DNA of 63,975 nt, filler included, from Choristocarpus tenellus KU-1152 (Eukaryota; Protista; Phaeophyceae): assembly GCA_964200185.2 (NCBI GenBank). It is 14 parts of 14 records of this genome, joined end to end, with 100 filler letters (N's around TTAATTAATTAA, not from the genome) between each part and the next. Parts side by side here need not be neighbours in the genome. Positions count along the whole stretch, not along the records: positions 19,936 to 25,098 come from CAXNAD020011650.1; positions 25,199 to 35,823 come from CAXNAD020002821.1; 12 more parts are not named here. The stretch is one strand, 5' to 3'. The translations under genes were made by a program, and so were the position numbers. This document shows positions 24,599 to 35,923 of the stretch, one piece after another (the first letter of the stretch is position 1; each line of letters starts with the position of its first letter). Below the pieces are notes generated by a model, which worked only from the letters and a program-made list of their open reading frames with translations, was not told the DNA's origin and did no database searches.

Positions 24599-27265
24599 AT
24601 GCAACCGAAAGGTTGTTGACCCAAACCTTTACTCCTATTTCCAGAGATCCCAATTGTGACTACAATTACGAGCAGAGATACAAATCGTGTGGCAAAACAA
24701 CCCTACAATCTCTACCGTTGAACTTTAAAAAAATAGAGTTGCATTGATCCTTTCAAATCAAACCACCTCGGAAGAAAGTCAGAAGACCGTCCTATCTTTG
24801 TCCCATGCATCCACTCACTCAAAATGCACCACAAGCTAGGGGTTAGGGTTTAAAAGTCGAACCTACGGTACACGAAAAGTCAACACGAACAAATGGCAGG
24901 GGGGGGGGGCACCAAAATAACGCTCTACCAACCACGCTCTTCGCTGCGACCGCATCACACCAAAAAAGAAGAAAAACAAAAACAAAAACACACACACACA
25001 CATACACACAACTGGCGTACCACCCCCATACCACATGAACTCTTGAAATCTTGTCAATTTGAAGCGTTACCCATACCGCGTTCCATCGCCCCCCTCCCNN
25101 NNNNNNNNNNNNNNNNNNNNNNNNNNNNNNNNNNNNNNNNNNTTAATTAATTAANNNNNNNNNNNNNNNNNNNNNNNNNNNNNNNNNNNNNNNNNNNNCA
25201 GACACGTCAAAATGTGTCTGTGTCAGTCGCACTACGTCAGCCACTTATATTGAACAAAATAAGAAATCAATCCATCGAGACTCGAACCTGCTCTAAGCAC
25301 ACCAAATCAAATGCTCGACCCTTACTCTACTCAGTCAACACCTCTGTTGTATTCCACTGTTCACTAAACATAGAAGTCCCTATAGACTGCCTAGCCTATA
25401 TTGCACATACATCACATGGGTAAAAAATAACTTGAGGTTTTGTTTGAGTGGAGGATATGATGTGATAGAGGTGGCTGAGGTTAGGAAAGGGTAGATGTCC
25501 CTATCCGAAGGTTGTGACATAGTAGGTATGTTTAGGGAAGTGTTCCATAAAGGTTTGCACTTGATGTATTTTAGAGGATCGAAGTATGCCTATGATTCGG
25601 AATCATGTGATGGAAACAAACAGAGGATAAAAATTTACCAACAATTTATTGGAAAAGCAAAATATGCTTCATGTTACTGAGGTTTGTAGGGGATGGCCTC
25701 TCTTGCGACAGAGAAATATTAGGACATGTAGGACAAAGTGAGTCGAACCAAGAGGAAGGCAGGGTTGCGTTGCATTTTAAGGATCCCAACAATGGAAAGA
25801 GATATGTCATTTTGTAAATTGAAGAAAAAGCCTTTGCGGATTTGTGTCACATTGTGTGTAGAAAGGACAAATATCATTTTTGCATTTACTACTGAGCACA
25901 TAACACAAATTCATAATACTTTGAAGTAATGTGCATTTCACTGGGTAAGAAGGACGGCTTAGAATGCAAAAGGGTCCAAAACCTGCCTACCTCCTGATTG
26001 GTTTGGAGTGCGGAAATGTATAGTACATGGAAAATACAGGGTACAGCAGCCAGCGGAAGTGTAAATAAATTCTGCGACAAGCATGTGTGCCTGGGCTATT
26101 GGTATCACAGAGCACAGGATCTGGTCTTTAGAGGGGTGTCGTTTTGACGGTGTTTGATTTTTGGAGGCAGAATGTTGTGATAAAGTTTAATTGTTGGAGA
26201 AGATTGGTAAGCCTTAGAGGCTGATGGTTGTAAGGAAGGTATGAAACAAGTATGTTCAGGTATGGAGGGTGAAATGGACCTCTCTAGAGTTTGTTGGTGG
26301 GCAAGAGTGGAAGAGAAGAAAATGAGACGATGAGGGAAGATTGGATAAAACGATTGATAAATACAATGGGTTGATTGAGGCTGCAGCTGCGTCTGATGGT
26401 AAGGTAGAAAAAAGTGGAGTGTCTCACTGCATCACTAGGCGGCAATGGACGGAAGAACGATGAATAGGAATGATGTAGTAGAAGCGACTTTCTAGAGTTT
26501 GATGATGGGCAAGAGTGGGAGTGAAGAAGAATCTTCGATGTGGAAACATAAGGCAGAATAATCGCGAACATGAACTAGTCAATGGGCTTGTTGTGTGTAA
26601 AGATGGCGATCCAAGAGGAAGGCACAAACCATGCTATAGGCGTCACCCCTTCATGCCCTTTGCTTGTGCCTTCCTCGCCAGCCATTGGCATCCCTTCTCT
26701 CCTGAACTGAGAAATGGTGGTCCGAAATTGTGTCTAGCAGAGTAGAGTAGATGCCGCGAAGGAGAGAGACCTGTTTGACTTGATGAAGGGATTGCGAAAC
26801 AGCGATCCCTGCAGATAATCGAGCACAGTCGCAGGCTTCCCGGTCCTGAGAAAGGTGATATGTAGTGCTGATCGCCACAAATTTCTGTTCCAGTTGCGAC
26901 GCATAATATAGCGGAAGAGTATTGAATGTATTGAAATTAGTGCATTGTGCGATATGATGTTTGTTGTGTGTATAGGTTCTTGCTGACAAAAACATATGAA
27001 AGAAATGTGACTCAAATTTCAATTTTCAGAATCTCCCCTCTTTGTACTTGTAACCAGTGAACAAATCGTAACACAATGAGCAGTTGGATGGAATGATGAG
27101 GGAACGGAAGTAAATTTCGCTTCAAAGATATGAATTTTCATATGAACTTCCAACAGTAGTGTTTCCTTTTCACACATGCTACAACTGCTACTTTTACAAG
27201 GGGTCGTTGTGATATTGGTTTTCCCTGAGACATCTCCAAAATGTTGAGGACAACATAATAATTAT

Positions 27266-28947
27266 GTGCCGTAAGTTTGTCCCTCGAAACATCTGGGCTC
27301 GCCGAGCGAGAACGGCACCTAATCGGATGATAACCCCACAGAATGAAATCGGGTTGACAATCTCAGCTCTCAGAAAAGGTGGGGGTCGAGGATCATCAGG
27401 TACAAACTCGAGGTGCTTCAAGCCATCAAAGTAGGGGTCTTTTGGGATTATTTTAAGCCCAGAACTGGGCACGTAGAGGGTAAGAATGTTGCCATGGCAA
27501 CCCCCCCGTCGACCCCCCCATGTAGGAAGGGTGCCCAAGTGTCCCTGAATACCAGGGTTTCGCTTGCAGTGCATCACGCCCTCACGATGTTCCCTGGTGA
27601 GCATAAACTGCCATGACACGTTGGGCCGACCCTCGCAGCAGAGTTTGGAGTGTCCAAGCACTACATGCGAGGGCTCTGGGAGGATGTCGCCGATCAGCTT
27701 GCCCGTGGCCACACGCTTGACCTAGGGGTAGTGGCACATAGTGGGCGGGCTTCGGAGCTCACACCGACCAAGATGGCCACAGTACATGGTATCTACTCCA
27801 ACATTGGTCATCCACAGTGTGTCAGGTGACAATGAAGATGAGGCTGAATTATAGCACAACCACCATAAACAGGTGGTTGGATGATATGGGGGCCATTCCG
27901 AATCACCACTGGATAAAATCCAAGCTTAAATCGTGGCAAAAGGTATGGAGAATGCGCTTTGTTTGCAATCAAGTGGATCGGAAACATGGTGCGACTCCTC
28001 TACAGCGAACACGATCCATGCACTGAAACCTGGTCTTATGTGATGGCTGATGGGGAAAGGGTTTGTGTATTTCCGCATGAGGATGATAGCGACCTTCCAG
28101 GGTCCCTTACTGTTCAACACAAGAGTCATATCCCCAAAACCATGATAATTGCAACCAATGCTTGCCCAGATTCGACTCACAGTTTTGATGAAAAACTTGG
28201 TGTTTGGTGTGTGTGTGCGCCAAAAACGGCAGACAGGACAAGCAAGAACCATCAAAAGGGGGATGTGTGTGAGCAGGACTGTACTTTAGACCATTTGTGG
28301 TATGGGAAGTGGTATACGGATGAGTTACTGCCTGCAATCAAGACCAAGATCCATGGTTACTGGTTGCAGGGAAGCACGTTGTTGTTCAGCAAGACGGCGC
28401 CACCCCCCACACGGGCAAGGGCAACTCAGAAATCTTGTCAGGGGCAAGGAAGACTGAGGGGTGGTCGATTAGGCTTGTGACGCAGCCATCTAACTCCTTC
28501 GACCTCAATATCATGGACCTTTGCTTCTTCAGGTGTCTTTGAAATGCCAGGTGATGGGGGAGTGGTTTGGGTCTGTCGAGGAGATAGTGAAGGTCATTAA
28601 GAAACAGTATGAGGAGTATGATGAAACCACACTTGAGAGGGCTTGGCAGCTCCTTTTTGTGGTGTACAGTCAAGTACTTAGATACAAAGGGGGGAATGAC
28701 TTCAGTGTGGAGTACACAGAGGTAAGGAAGAGGCAGTTGTCTAGTGAGCTTGAAAACACGCCGAAGGTAGACATGGAGGCTTTTTCTGTAGCTGATAAAA
28801 TTGTGATGGATGGGAAGAAATAATATAAAAAGAGATAAATCTAACCAGATATTCGTCAAGGATTCCAAATCTTCTTTCAGAAATGATTTTCATCGACATC
28901 TTCAAATGTTATGGACAACGCGGCACAGACTTACGGCACGGAGGTAG
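27266..28947 (+). mobile_element. Degenerate DD39D-family mariner (second lineage)
   Basis: Motifs HKSHIPKTMII, FDEKLGVW, VQQDGATPH, QPSNSFDLNIMDLCFF and ETTLERAWQ. TIR remnants GTGCCGTAAGTTTGT and ACAGACTTACGGCACGGAGGTAG-TA. Confidence 0.85.
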
Positions 28948-29355
28948 TATAATGTATTACAGAGGGGATGACGCATGTCTGTTCGGGATCATTATTCACT
29001 TGTTAGGAATTTGGCAAACATGTTTGTTTGTGATTGACAATGTGCTTGCTCTCAACACACCCTTCAAGTTCGTTCCCTTCCTATGACGTGTCTGTCTGTC
29101 AACAGTATTCTAGGACAGGTGTGCTATAAAAAATGAACAGGGTGCCATAACACACTTGCCTGCCCAAATTGCATTTCGATCGCAATTTGATTGCAAATGT
29201 GCAGTTTGTGGGGGTTCGACGAACCTACTTGAGATTTGATGATGAGTAAGAGCATAAATGCAGTAAGATGAACAAGCTAAGGTGGAGGAAATTGGTGCAA
29301 AACTGAACTGGTGTCCTTTGTACATGCTCTCAGTGCATAAAAATGAAAAAGAAAA

Positions 29356-29453
29356 GAGATGTTGCAAAAAAGTCAACAGTATTACGTGCGATTTTAATAT
29401 TTGAGATGTTGCAAAAAAGTCAACAGTATTACGTGCGATTTTAATATTTGAGA
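29356..29453. repeat. 47-bp tandem duplication
   Basis: GAGATGTTGCAAAAAAGTCAACAGTATTACGTGCGATTTTAATATTT twice. Confidence 0.95.
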
Positions 29454-30029
29454 AAAATCTGAAATTGTAGTGCCTTCTGCTTACTTCTATACACAAAATC
29501 ACAGTGCATCAACCTATACGAACATCCTGTCCCAGTAGGTAGAACGAGATATCTCCCCCTTTACTGACACAAAAAGTCAGAAATTCTGCCAATTCTCTGA
29601 CGTCACGAGATTTCTACAGACCAAAAGAGAAAGATGTGGTCACTCCTATACGTGTCTGCCCTGTTTGTTCTTGAATTCCACTCACACAATCTACAGAGAC
29701 GCACACAAAAAGAGATGCATGGCCTTAGAACACACAATGTCGCACATACATACACCCATTCCCACCTCCCCACCCACCCCCACATGAAGTCCCCAGGATA
29801 GACACAAAACATGTTTCACCTACCTACATATACAAGAATACGGAACAACATGATTTTTACACTTGCACTCCACCAGCAAACAATTCAAACACATTTTTTC
29901 ACATCCCCATTACTACACATTCCCACATAGGGTGACAAGAAAAACAACTTCACTGGTAATATCCACACACACACAGAGACACACACAAATGAACTGCGCA
30001 ACACTAACACACAACTTTCTTCTAATTGA

Positions 30030-30245
30030 CAGACACATACACGCACATGTACCTTTGCATGAAAACTCACTTAATTCACAACCTCTACTACACAACCATC
30101 GATACATAACATCCTCATGTGCAATGCCACATGAGATACACCTGACCCATCACACACACATGCCTTTGCATTTAAATACTCTTAATTCACAACCACTACT
30201 ACTCAACCATTGACACACTACATCCTCATATGCACTGGCACAAAC
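30030..30245. repeat. ~115-bp diverged CA-rich tandem repeat; further units at ~31255-31430
   Basis: Recurring CCTTTGCAT..AAA.ACT..TAATTCACAACC.CTACTA...ACATCCTCAT. Confidence 0.75.
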
Positions 30246-30490
30246 ACACATTGTTGAAACCTGAATCGAATGCATCGTACATGAAAGCATAATGCGAAGA
30301 CTACAAGCGATGAGGAATCATGGTGTTGCAAAGCACCGATGAGTAATATGTGTAGTCTATGTTATGGATAGATGCGATTGTGCTGCAAAGCACCGATGTA
30401 TTTATTCTGTTGTAACTGAGGCCATTGATCTCTCAGTCAAGAATGATGCGATGTGAATTCAGTATTCTTGGTTGCTCAATCCAGAATGAT

Positions 30491-30744
30491 GAGTAAAAGT
30501 ATCTTAGAGGGCATTTTGCCCTGTTTGTCCGTTTGGGGCTTGGCTTCCCATGTTTTTTTTTATGACATTTTCCTACACCAAAATATTTAAGAGTAGGAAA
30601 GATGTATACGTCATAAAAATGTGTGTCCAGAACAAGGATATTGGCGCTTCCTAACAAACATGATAGTCAAAAATACATCAAAATCACGATATTGGATTTT
30701 GACCCCAAATGGACGCGGCACTACCCTCTAAGATACTTTGGCTC
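30491..30744. mobile_element. MITE family A copy
   Basis: TIRs; flanks TGAT/TAAT. Confidence 0.9.
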
Positions 30745-31434
30745 TAATTTGATGTGAATTCAGTGTTATTTCATATAATATTCAACGAAAGGAGTCCATG
30801 CTCTGTGGAGAGGCTTGTTACCTTGGCTAGCAAGGGTTTCCATGGGTGGTTTTAACTATGATTATATTGCATCCATGTGTGCAGCTGGTGCACTTCTTGC
30901 AGAGTGAGATTGGTGCATTGTGAGGGATCAATGGCAGTCACGAAAGAAAAAATAATCAACAATCAACGTACAACTGTCATCTTCTGTACATAGGAAGAAA
31001 GAGTAAAGAAAAAACAATCAAGAAAACAACTGAACAAACTTGAACCAGTATCTGATGCAGCTCAAGTGACGTATACTATTCCTGCATGTGGAACGTAGAT
31101 TGATTGTTCTGTACTGTGGTGTTCTGATGGTAATTGATGTGGTGATGATGAACTTGTGGCAGCAACCTCCGGAGCGTAACAGACCAATCAACAGTGTTGA
31201 CTGGTGGAGGTGTATAATATCAAGGAACAAACAGATGACTAGCCTATGTTTTAACACACATAACCCACCACACACACACACGTTTGCATTTAAACACACA
31301 TAATTCGTAACCACTACTACAAGACAAAACATCAACACACAGCATCCTAATGTGCACTGAGAAACAACAGCTGACCCACCACTCACACGCACCATGGTAT
31401 TAAAAACAAATAATTTACAACCACTACGACACAA

Positions 31435-31701
31435 GAGCCAAAGCATTTCAGAGAAGTAGGACTTTTGCCCCGTTGTCTGTTTTGGGCTTGGCTTCCCACG
31501 GGTTTTTTATGCCCTTTTCAGTTTTCTGTGTGAACACAGTTACCTACTCGGAAACATTTCGGAGTACAACTGTGAAAGGCGTGTCTGGAGCAAGGATACT
31601 GACACTTGCTAACAAACGAGATGGCCAAAATTCATGAAATCGCAACATTGGATTTTGGACCCCAAACGGACACAGCTCTACCCCTTAAGATACTTTGACT
31701 C
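31435..31701. mobile_element. MITE family A copy (diverged)
   Basis: Internal consensus and right TIR. Confidence 0.8.
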
Positions 31702-31959
31702 TGTCACAAGAAAATGGCGCCCAGCGGCGGTGGTATCCACATTTCAATACTGGACACTAGTGAGGGTCAGGATGAGCGTTGCCTTGTGGGACAGTGCTTC
31801 AGACATTTCTTGCGCCACACTGCATGGAGCACCCTCCATCCACTTGGATTATATGCCAACCATCAGCAGTTCATCAGCGCATTCTTTGGTATGTTCATTA
31901 GTGGTCAGCATGCCGGGGTAGCTATACGTTTTGTCCAGAACAGCTGACACTACGAGTCT

Positions 31960-33060
31960 AGGTACGAGTTGTTTGGGATTTTTGTTATTTACATAAACAA
32001 CACTCTCGGCCCATGGTCACAGGATCAGTCAAAAATTTGAAATGTGTCCCTGTTGAAGAGGCCCAGGTTTAATAATATGTTACTGGCGATATGTCTTAAT
32101 GGCAGTTTCGTATTGTAATTTCGTGCCCGTATTCACTTTTGTTCATATTTGTGAAGAGGGAGAGACTTGCTGAGATACTCCCTATTTTTATTTTTTTACT
32201 GTAAGATGTCTGATTTTTTTTGTTTATGTTCATAGTTCCTAGCAAGGGTAAGGACAGCACCCAATCTCTTTTGTGACTGTGATTCATGGTCTTAGTATCC
32301 TGTCGTTGCTGTGTTTTAGTTCCGAAGGGGGAGAGTCTATAGCAATACCCAAGTCCAGTGCTACTACGGTTTTGTGTCTGTTTTTGTGTTTGTTTAGCTT
32401 GAAAGGGGTGGAGTCTTTTTAGGCAGTACCCTACTTTTGACGTGTATATGAGACTCAGGTGTAGGAGCTTTTCTTTTGAACGTTGAGTCAAATGCAGAGT
32501 GAGTGCTGTGAGGTGCGAGTGTCGTGCTAACATATCTGTTGTCAGGGCAAACGTTGGAAGGGGGGTTTCCTCTAGGTCTCCTCCTCCGTTGGATCCCGAA
32601 CACTGCCTACTGATATGTTAGGACCTGGAAGTGACATTCACTTCATTTCTGCTGCATTCATGATAGGACAAGGAATGGCATTATGTTTCCTTGTCCAATT
32701 GCCTGTTTATCGCATTGAAGCAGTTATGCTTCGTGCTAGGGAGGCATGTTACAGGCGATATATCCTGATGGCGGTTTCATAAACACCATTATGACCTTGA
32801 AGTTCAGATTTGATATATTTGTACTTCTTGACTATTTATTTATTATTTGGTCATTATGGTCCCCGATTGTGATAAGACATTGTAGACCAGATCCTTTTTA
32901 TACGATGATATTGATGATAATCCAAGTGAGGGATCCAACATACTTGACGAGTTGTGCATCAGTAGTCCTATACGTGCATCAGTATCATTTATAGGCCCGT
33001 AGATTGGAGCTATACACCTTGTGGAGGTAAGCTTTTGGGGCGCGTTGTAACAAATATGCC
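31960..33060 (-). mobile_element. Dispersed repeat, possibly the 3' part of an RLE-type LINE; paralogs at 48060-49740, 40200-40505 (reverse), 47528-47725 and 38880-39240
   Basis: Clear nucleotide paralogy, e.g. GGCGGTTTCATAAACACCATT and ATAGGCCCGTAGATTGGAGCT; recurring (V/I/L)GYC peptides. The family assignment is inference. Confidence 0.55.
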
Positions 33061-33071
33061 ACAATACAGGG

Positions 33072-33330
33072 GAGCCAAAGTATCTTAGAGGGTAGAGCCG
33101 CGTCCATTTGGGGGTCAAAATCCAATATCGTGATTTCGATGTATTTTTGGCTATCATGATTTTTAGGAAGTGCCAATATCCTTGTTCTGGACACACCTTT
33201 TCATGACGTATACATCTTTCCTACTCCGAAATATTTTGGTGTAGGAAATTGTCATAATAAACGTGGGAAGCCAAGCCCCAAACATATTATAAAAAGGGCA
33301 AAACTCGTACCCTCTAAGATACTTTTAGTC
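33072..33330. mobile_element. MITE family A copy
   Basis: TIRs; TSD AGGG. Confidence 0.9.
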
Positions 33331-34015
33331 AGGGTGCATTGATACAGGGTGTGATAAGCGGCAAGTACAAAGAGAACAACTGAGGGAAAGTCTTAACTGT
33401 CTGGATTACAATGTTCCACACTTGGGCTATGGATCATCAAGCTTAGGAATGTGATGTCAACTAGGTCCTCGGGTCACCATGGCACGTGGGACGATCTGCC
33501 CTCCATTTAGAGGATTAGAAGCTCTTGGTTGCCAACATAGGTTCCTCACTTGTTGGAATTATTTTCTGGTCCAGCTGCTAGAATACTTCACAGCTGACTT
33601 TGTTGTGATATGTCCAACACGCCAATCGACCGATGTCAACATTACGGCAATAATACACAGTACCTCCTACTGTGACATACACCCCTCATACTCTTGACCA
33701 AAACAAAAATTCAGACTGCCACAGGCACAAGGTGTGTTTCCACCCCTTCAAAAGTTATATACTGTACAGGTACTGACTGTGCAATATGATTCTTTACATC
33801 ATTGTCATACGACAAGATTGTATGCAGTACAGTACAGTACAGTACAGTACTGGACTACTATGCTGTACTACTGCAGCAGACTGCACGGTTCAGAACTATA
33901 CAGCGTCATTTTGAGAGGTAACTTTAGGGGACACACACCACCTACCTATACAGCACAACAAGTTTATGTTTTACGCCCAGTGTACGGAGAGCACTTGACA
34001 GACTAAGCAGGAACT

Positions 34016-34235
34016 GCCATTTTGAAATTTAGGAGGTACATCACAGGTGACCATTTTGCACCTTGTGACACCTTGTACAAGGTGTCCCTATATATTAAAG
34101 CCATTTTGATATGAGGAGGTACATCACGGGTGGCAATTTTTCACTCTGTGACACCTTGTACAAGGTGTCTCTATATATCAATCCCGTATGGACACCTTTT
34201 GGGACGTACCTCTACGAGCAAAATGGCCACCCGTA
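34016..34235. repeat. Two 83-bp direct repeats, each with a perfect 20-bp palindrome, plus a partial inverted unit
   Basis: GACACCTTGTACAAGGTGTC at 34067-34086 and 34150-34169. Confidence 0.9.
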
Positions 34236-34373
34236 ATACTACAGTACACAGTACAGACACATAGTACGACAGAAACAAGCGCAAAATTTCAAAATATTCA
34301 ATCATGATCCTCATCAGCAGACAGTGCAGAAAGACAATTCAATCACCATCACAATCAACCTACTTCCACACTT

Positions 34374-34905
34374 TCAATCCACACGCTGACACACTTCAAC
34401 ATGTTTGGCACCCCTTGTAGACTTGGAGTCTGGCTTCAGCATCTGCGCTTTCTCCGCGATGGTTTTTGCCTCCTTCTTCAACTTGTAGAGGGTGCTATAA
34501 CCGATTCCAAACTTTTGAGCAACCACAGTTCCCGTCATGGTCTTCAGGAGTGTCAACGCTTCCGCCTTCTCTGCAAAGCTCAATCGTTTACAATTGTCGG
34601 CACTGCGTGTCTTGTAGGACGCTCCACAGATATATTTGGCAGCACCTTCCCCTTGCCCTTGTTCTTGTTATCGTGGAGCTTTGACGCCGTGTTATCACCA
34701 GCTGGAGGACTCGCAGCCTTGCGATTGGTGGAGCTCACGCACAATTTGCACATGTGTTTCATTTCGCTGGCGCCAAAGGATCTACAACGCCACAAATGCC
34801 ATGAAGATTGCCGCTACAAAAGTGACACTTATGGCATGTATAGTGTGGCAAACCAGGAGCAATACCCTGTATGTTGCAGCAGGATCCCGCGGTGCAGGGC
34901 ATCAT
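34374..34905 (-). pseudogene. pogo/Tigger-type transposase 5' fragment: PHD-like Zn finger followed by a CENP-B/psq HTH
   Basis: PCTAGSC...CHFCSGNLHGIC...CKLC, then LSFAEKAEALTLLK...VAQKFGIGYSTLYKLKK (CENP-B N-terminal HTH pattern); two frameshifts. Confidence 0.7.
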
Positions 34906-35193
34906 TTTATCTGTACGGTGCAGTCGTCTCAACTTGATGTGATACACTGCTGGTCTCAAGTAGCTTTGTGCATTATTTTGTTTTGTTTTGTTTAATTTAG
35001 ACTTGGCTTTTTGGGGACCTTGTGAGTCAAGAAAAGTGAGTTTACCTATATAAGAGAGGTCGATGTAAGAGAAGACGGTATATGAGAGAGGGTAAATTGC
35101 GTTGTCACGACTTTTCAGGCTGTAAGAGAGGTTTCGGCGTTTTCCTACCAATTCTCTCTTATATCGAGCAAACTCGCATATTTTCTACTACAG

Positions 35194-35339
35194 TACCTAC
35201 CCCGATTTTATGCCAACTATTATGAACCAAATCGAAAAAATATGCCATTTTGTACGGCTTTTTTCGACATACTAAAAAAAATAGACGTTTGTACCGGAAT
35301 TCTCGTATTCGGGAGATGTGGCACAAAATCGGGGAGATA
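35194..35339. mobile_element. Small MITE (family E); partial copy at 13772-13818
   Basis: TIR CCCCGATTTTATGCCA / TGGCACAAAATCGGGG; shared ACCGGAATTCTCGTATTCGGG. Confidence 0.7.
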
Positions 35340-35452
35340 CTAATGCGAGTTTGGCGCGCGCGTAAAAATTTCTTGCGAAAAGTGCCTTTCTTCCTGAGTC
35401 ATGACCACACAGCAGTACAGTACGTTGCTGGTAGGGGAATAAAGTGGAAGCC

Positions 35453-35823
35453 ATGCCTTGTGCCGCGTGAAACCTCTGCAAGATGCCTTCAAATACACCG
35501 GGTCCGGTCCGCCTTTCTACACAATCCACAAGTGCCGTAATTGCAGTGGGTACCTCCATGGTATATGTGGTGTAAAGGATCCCGAACTCGATGATGACTG
35601 CAAACGTTTGTGTGAGGGGCAGTGCTTGGCACTGTAGCAAGTCGTGGGCGCTGACAGCAAGGGCGCATTGTTATCGGCTTCATCGCTCGGCTCGCTGAAT
35701 GGTAGCTCGTCTGGTGCTGCAGCTGGCAGCCGTGGGCAGAAATCTAGTGCCCCTTCCAGGAGGGGCCATGGATCAAAGCGGTCCAACATGACATTGGACA
35801 CGAAGTCAGAAGTGCTTGACCAC
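35453..35823 (+). pseudogene. Second copy of the PHD-like finger gene fragment, truncated by the spacer
   Basis: MPCAA*NLC.../HKCRNCSGYLHGICGVKDP...CEGQC, then MTLDTKSEVLDH, which resembles the start of a psq HTH. Confidence 0.6.
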
Positions 35824-35923
35824 NNNNNNNNNNNNNNNNNNNNNNNNNNNNNNNNNNNNNNNNNNNNTTAATTAATTAANNNNNNNNNNNNNNNNNNNNN
35901 NNNNNNNNNNNNNNNNNNNNNNN

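Noticed and set aside
26600-26950. Possible Helitron N-terminal fragment
   Set aside because: Only a vague resemblance; no Rep or helicase motifs found.
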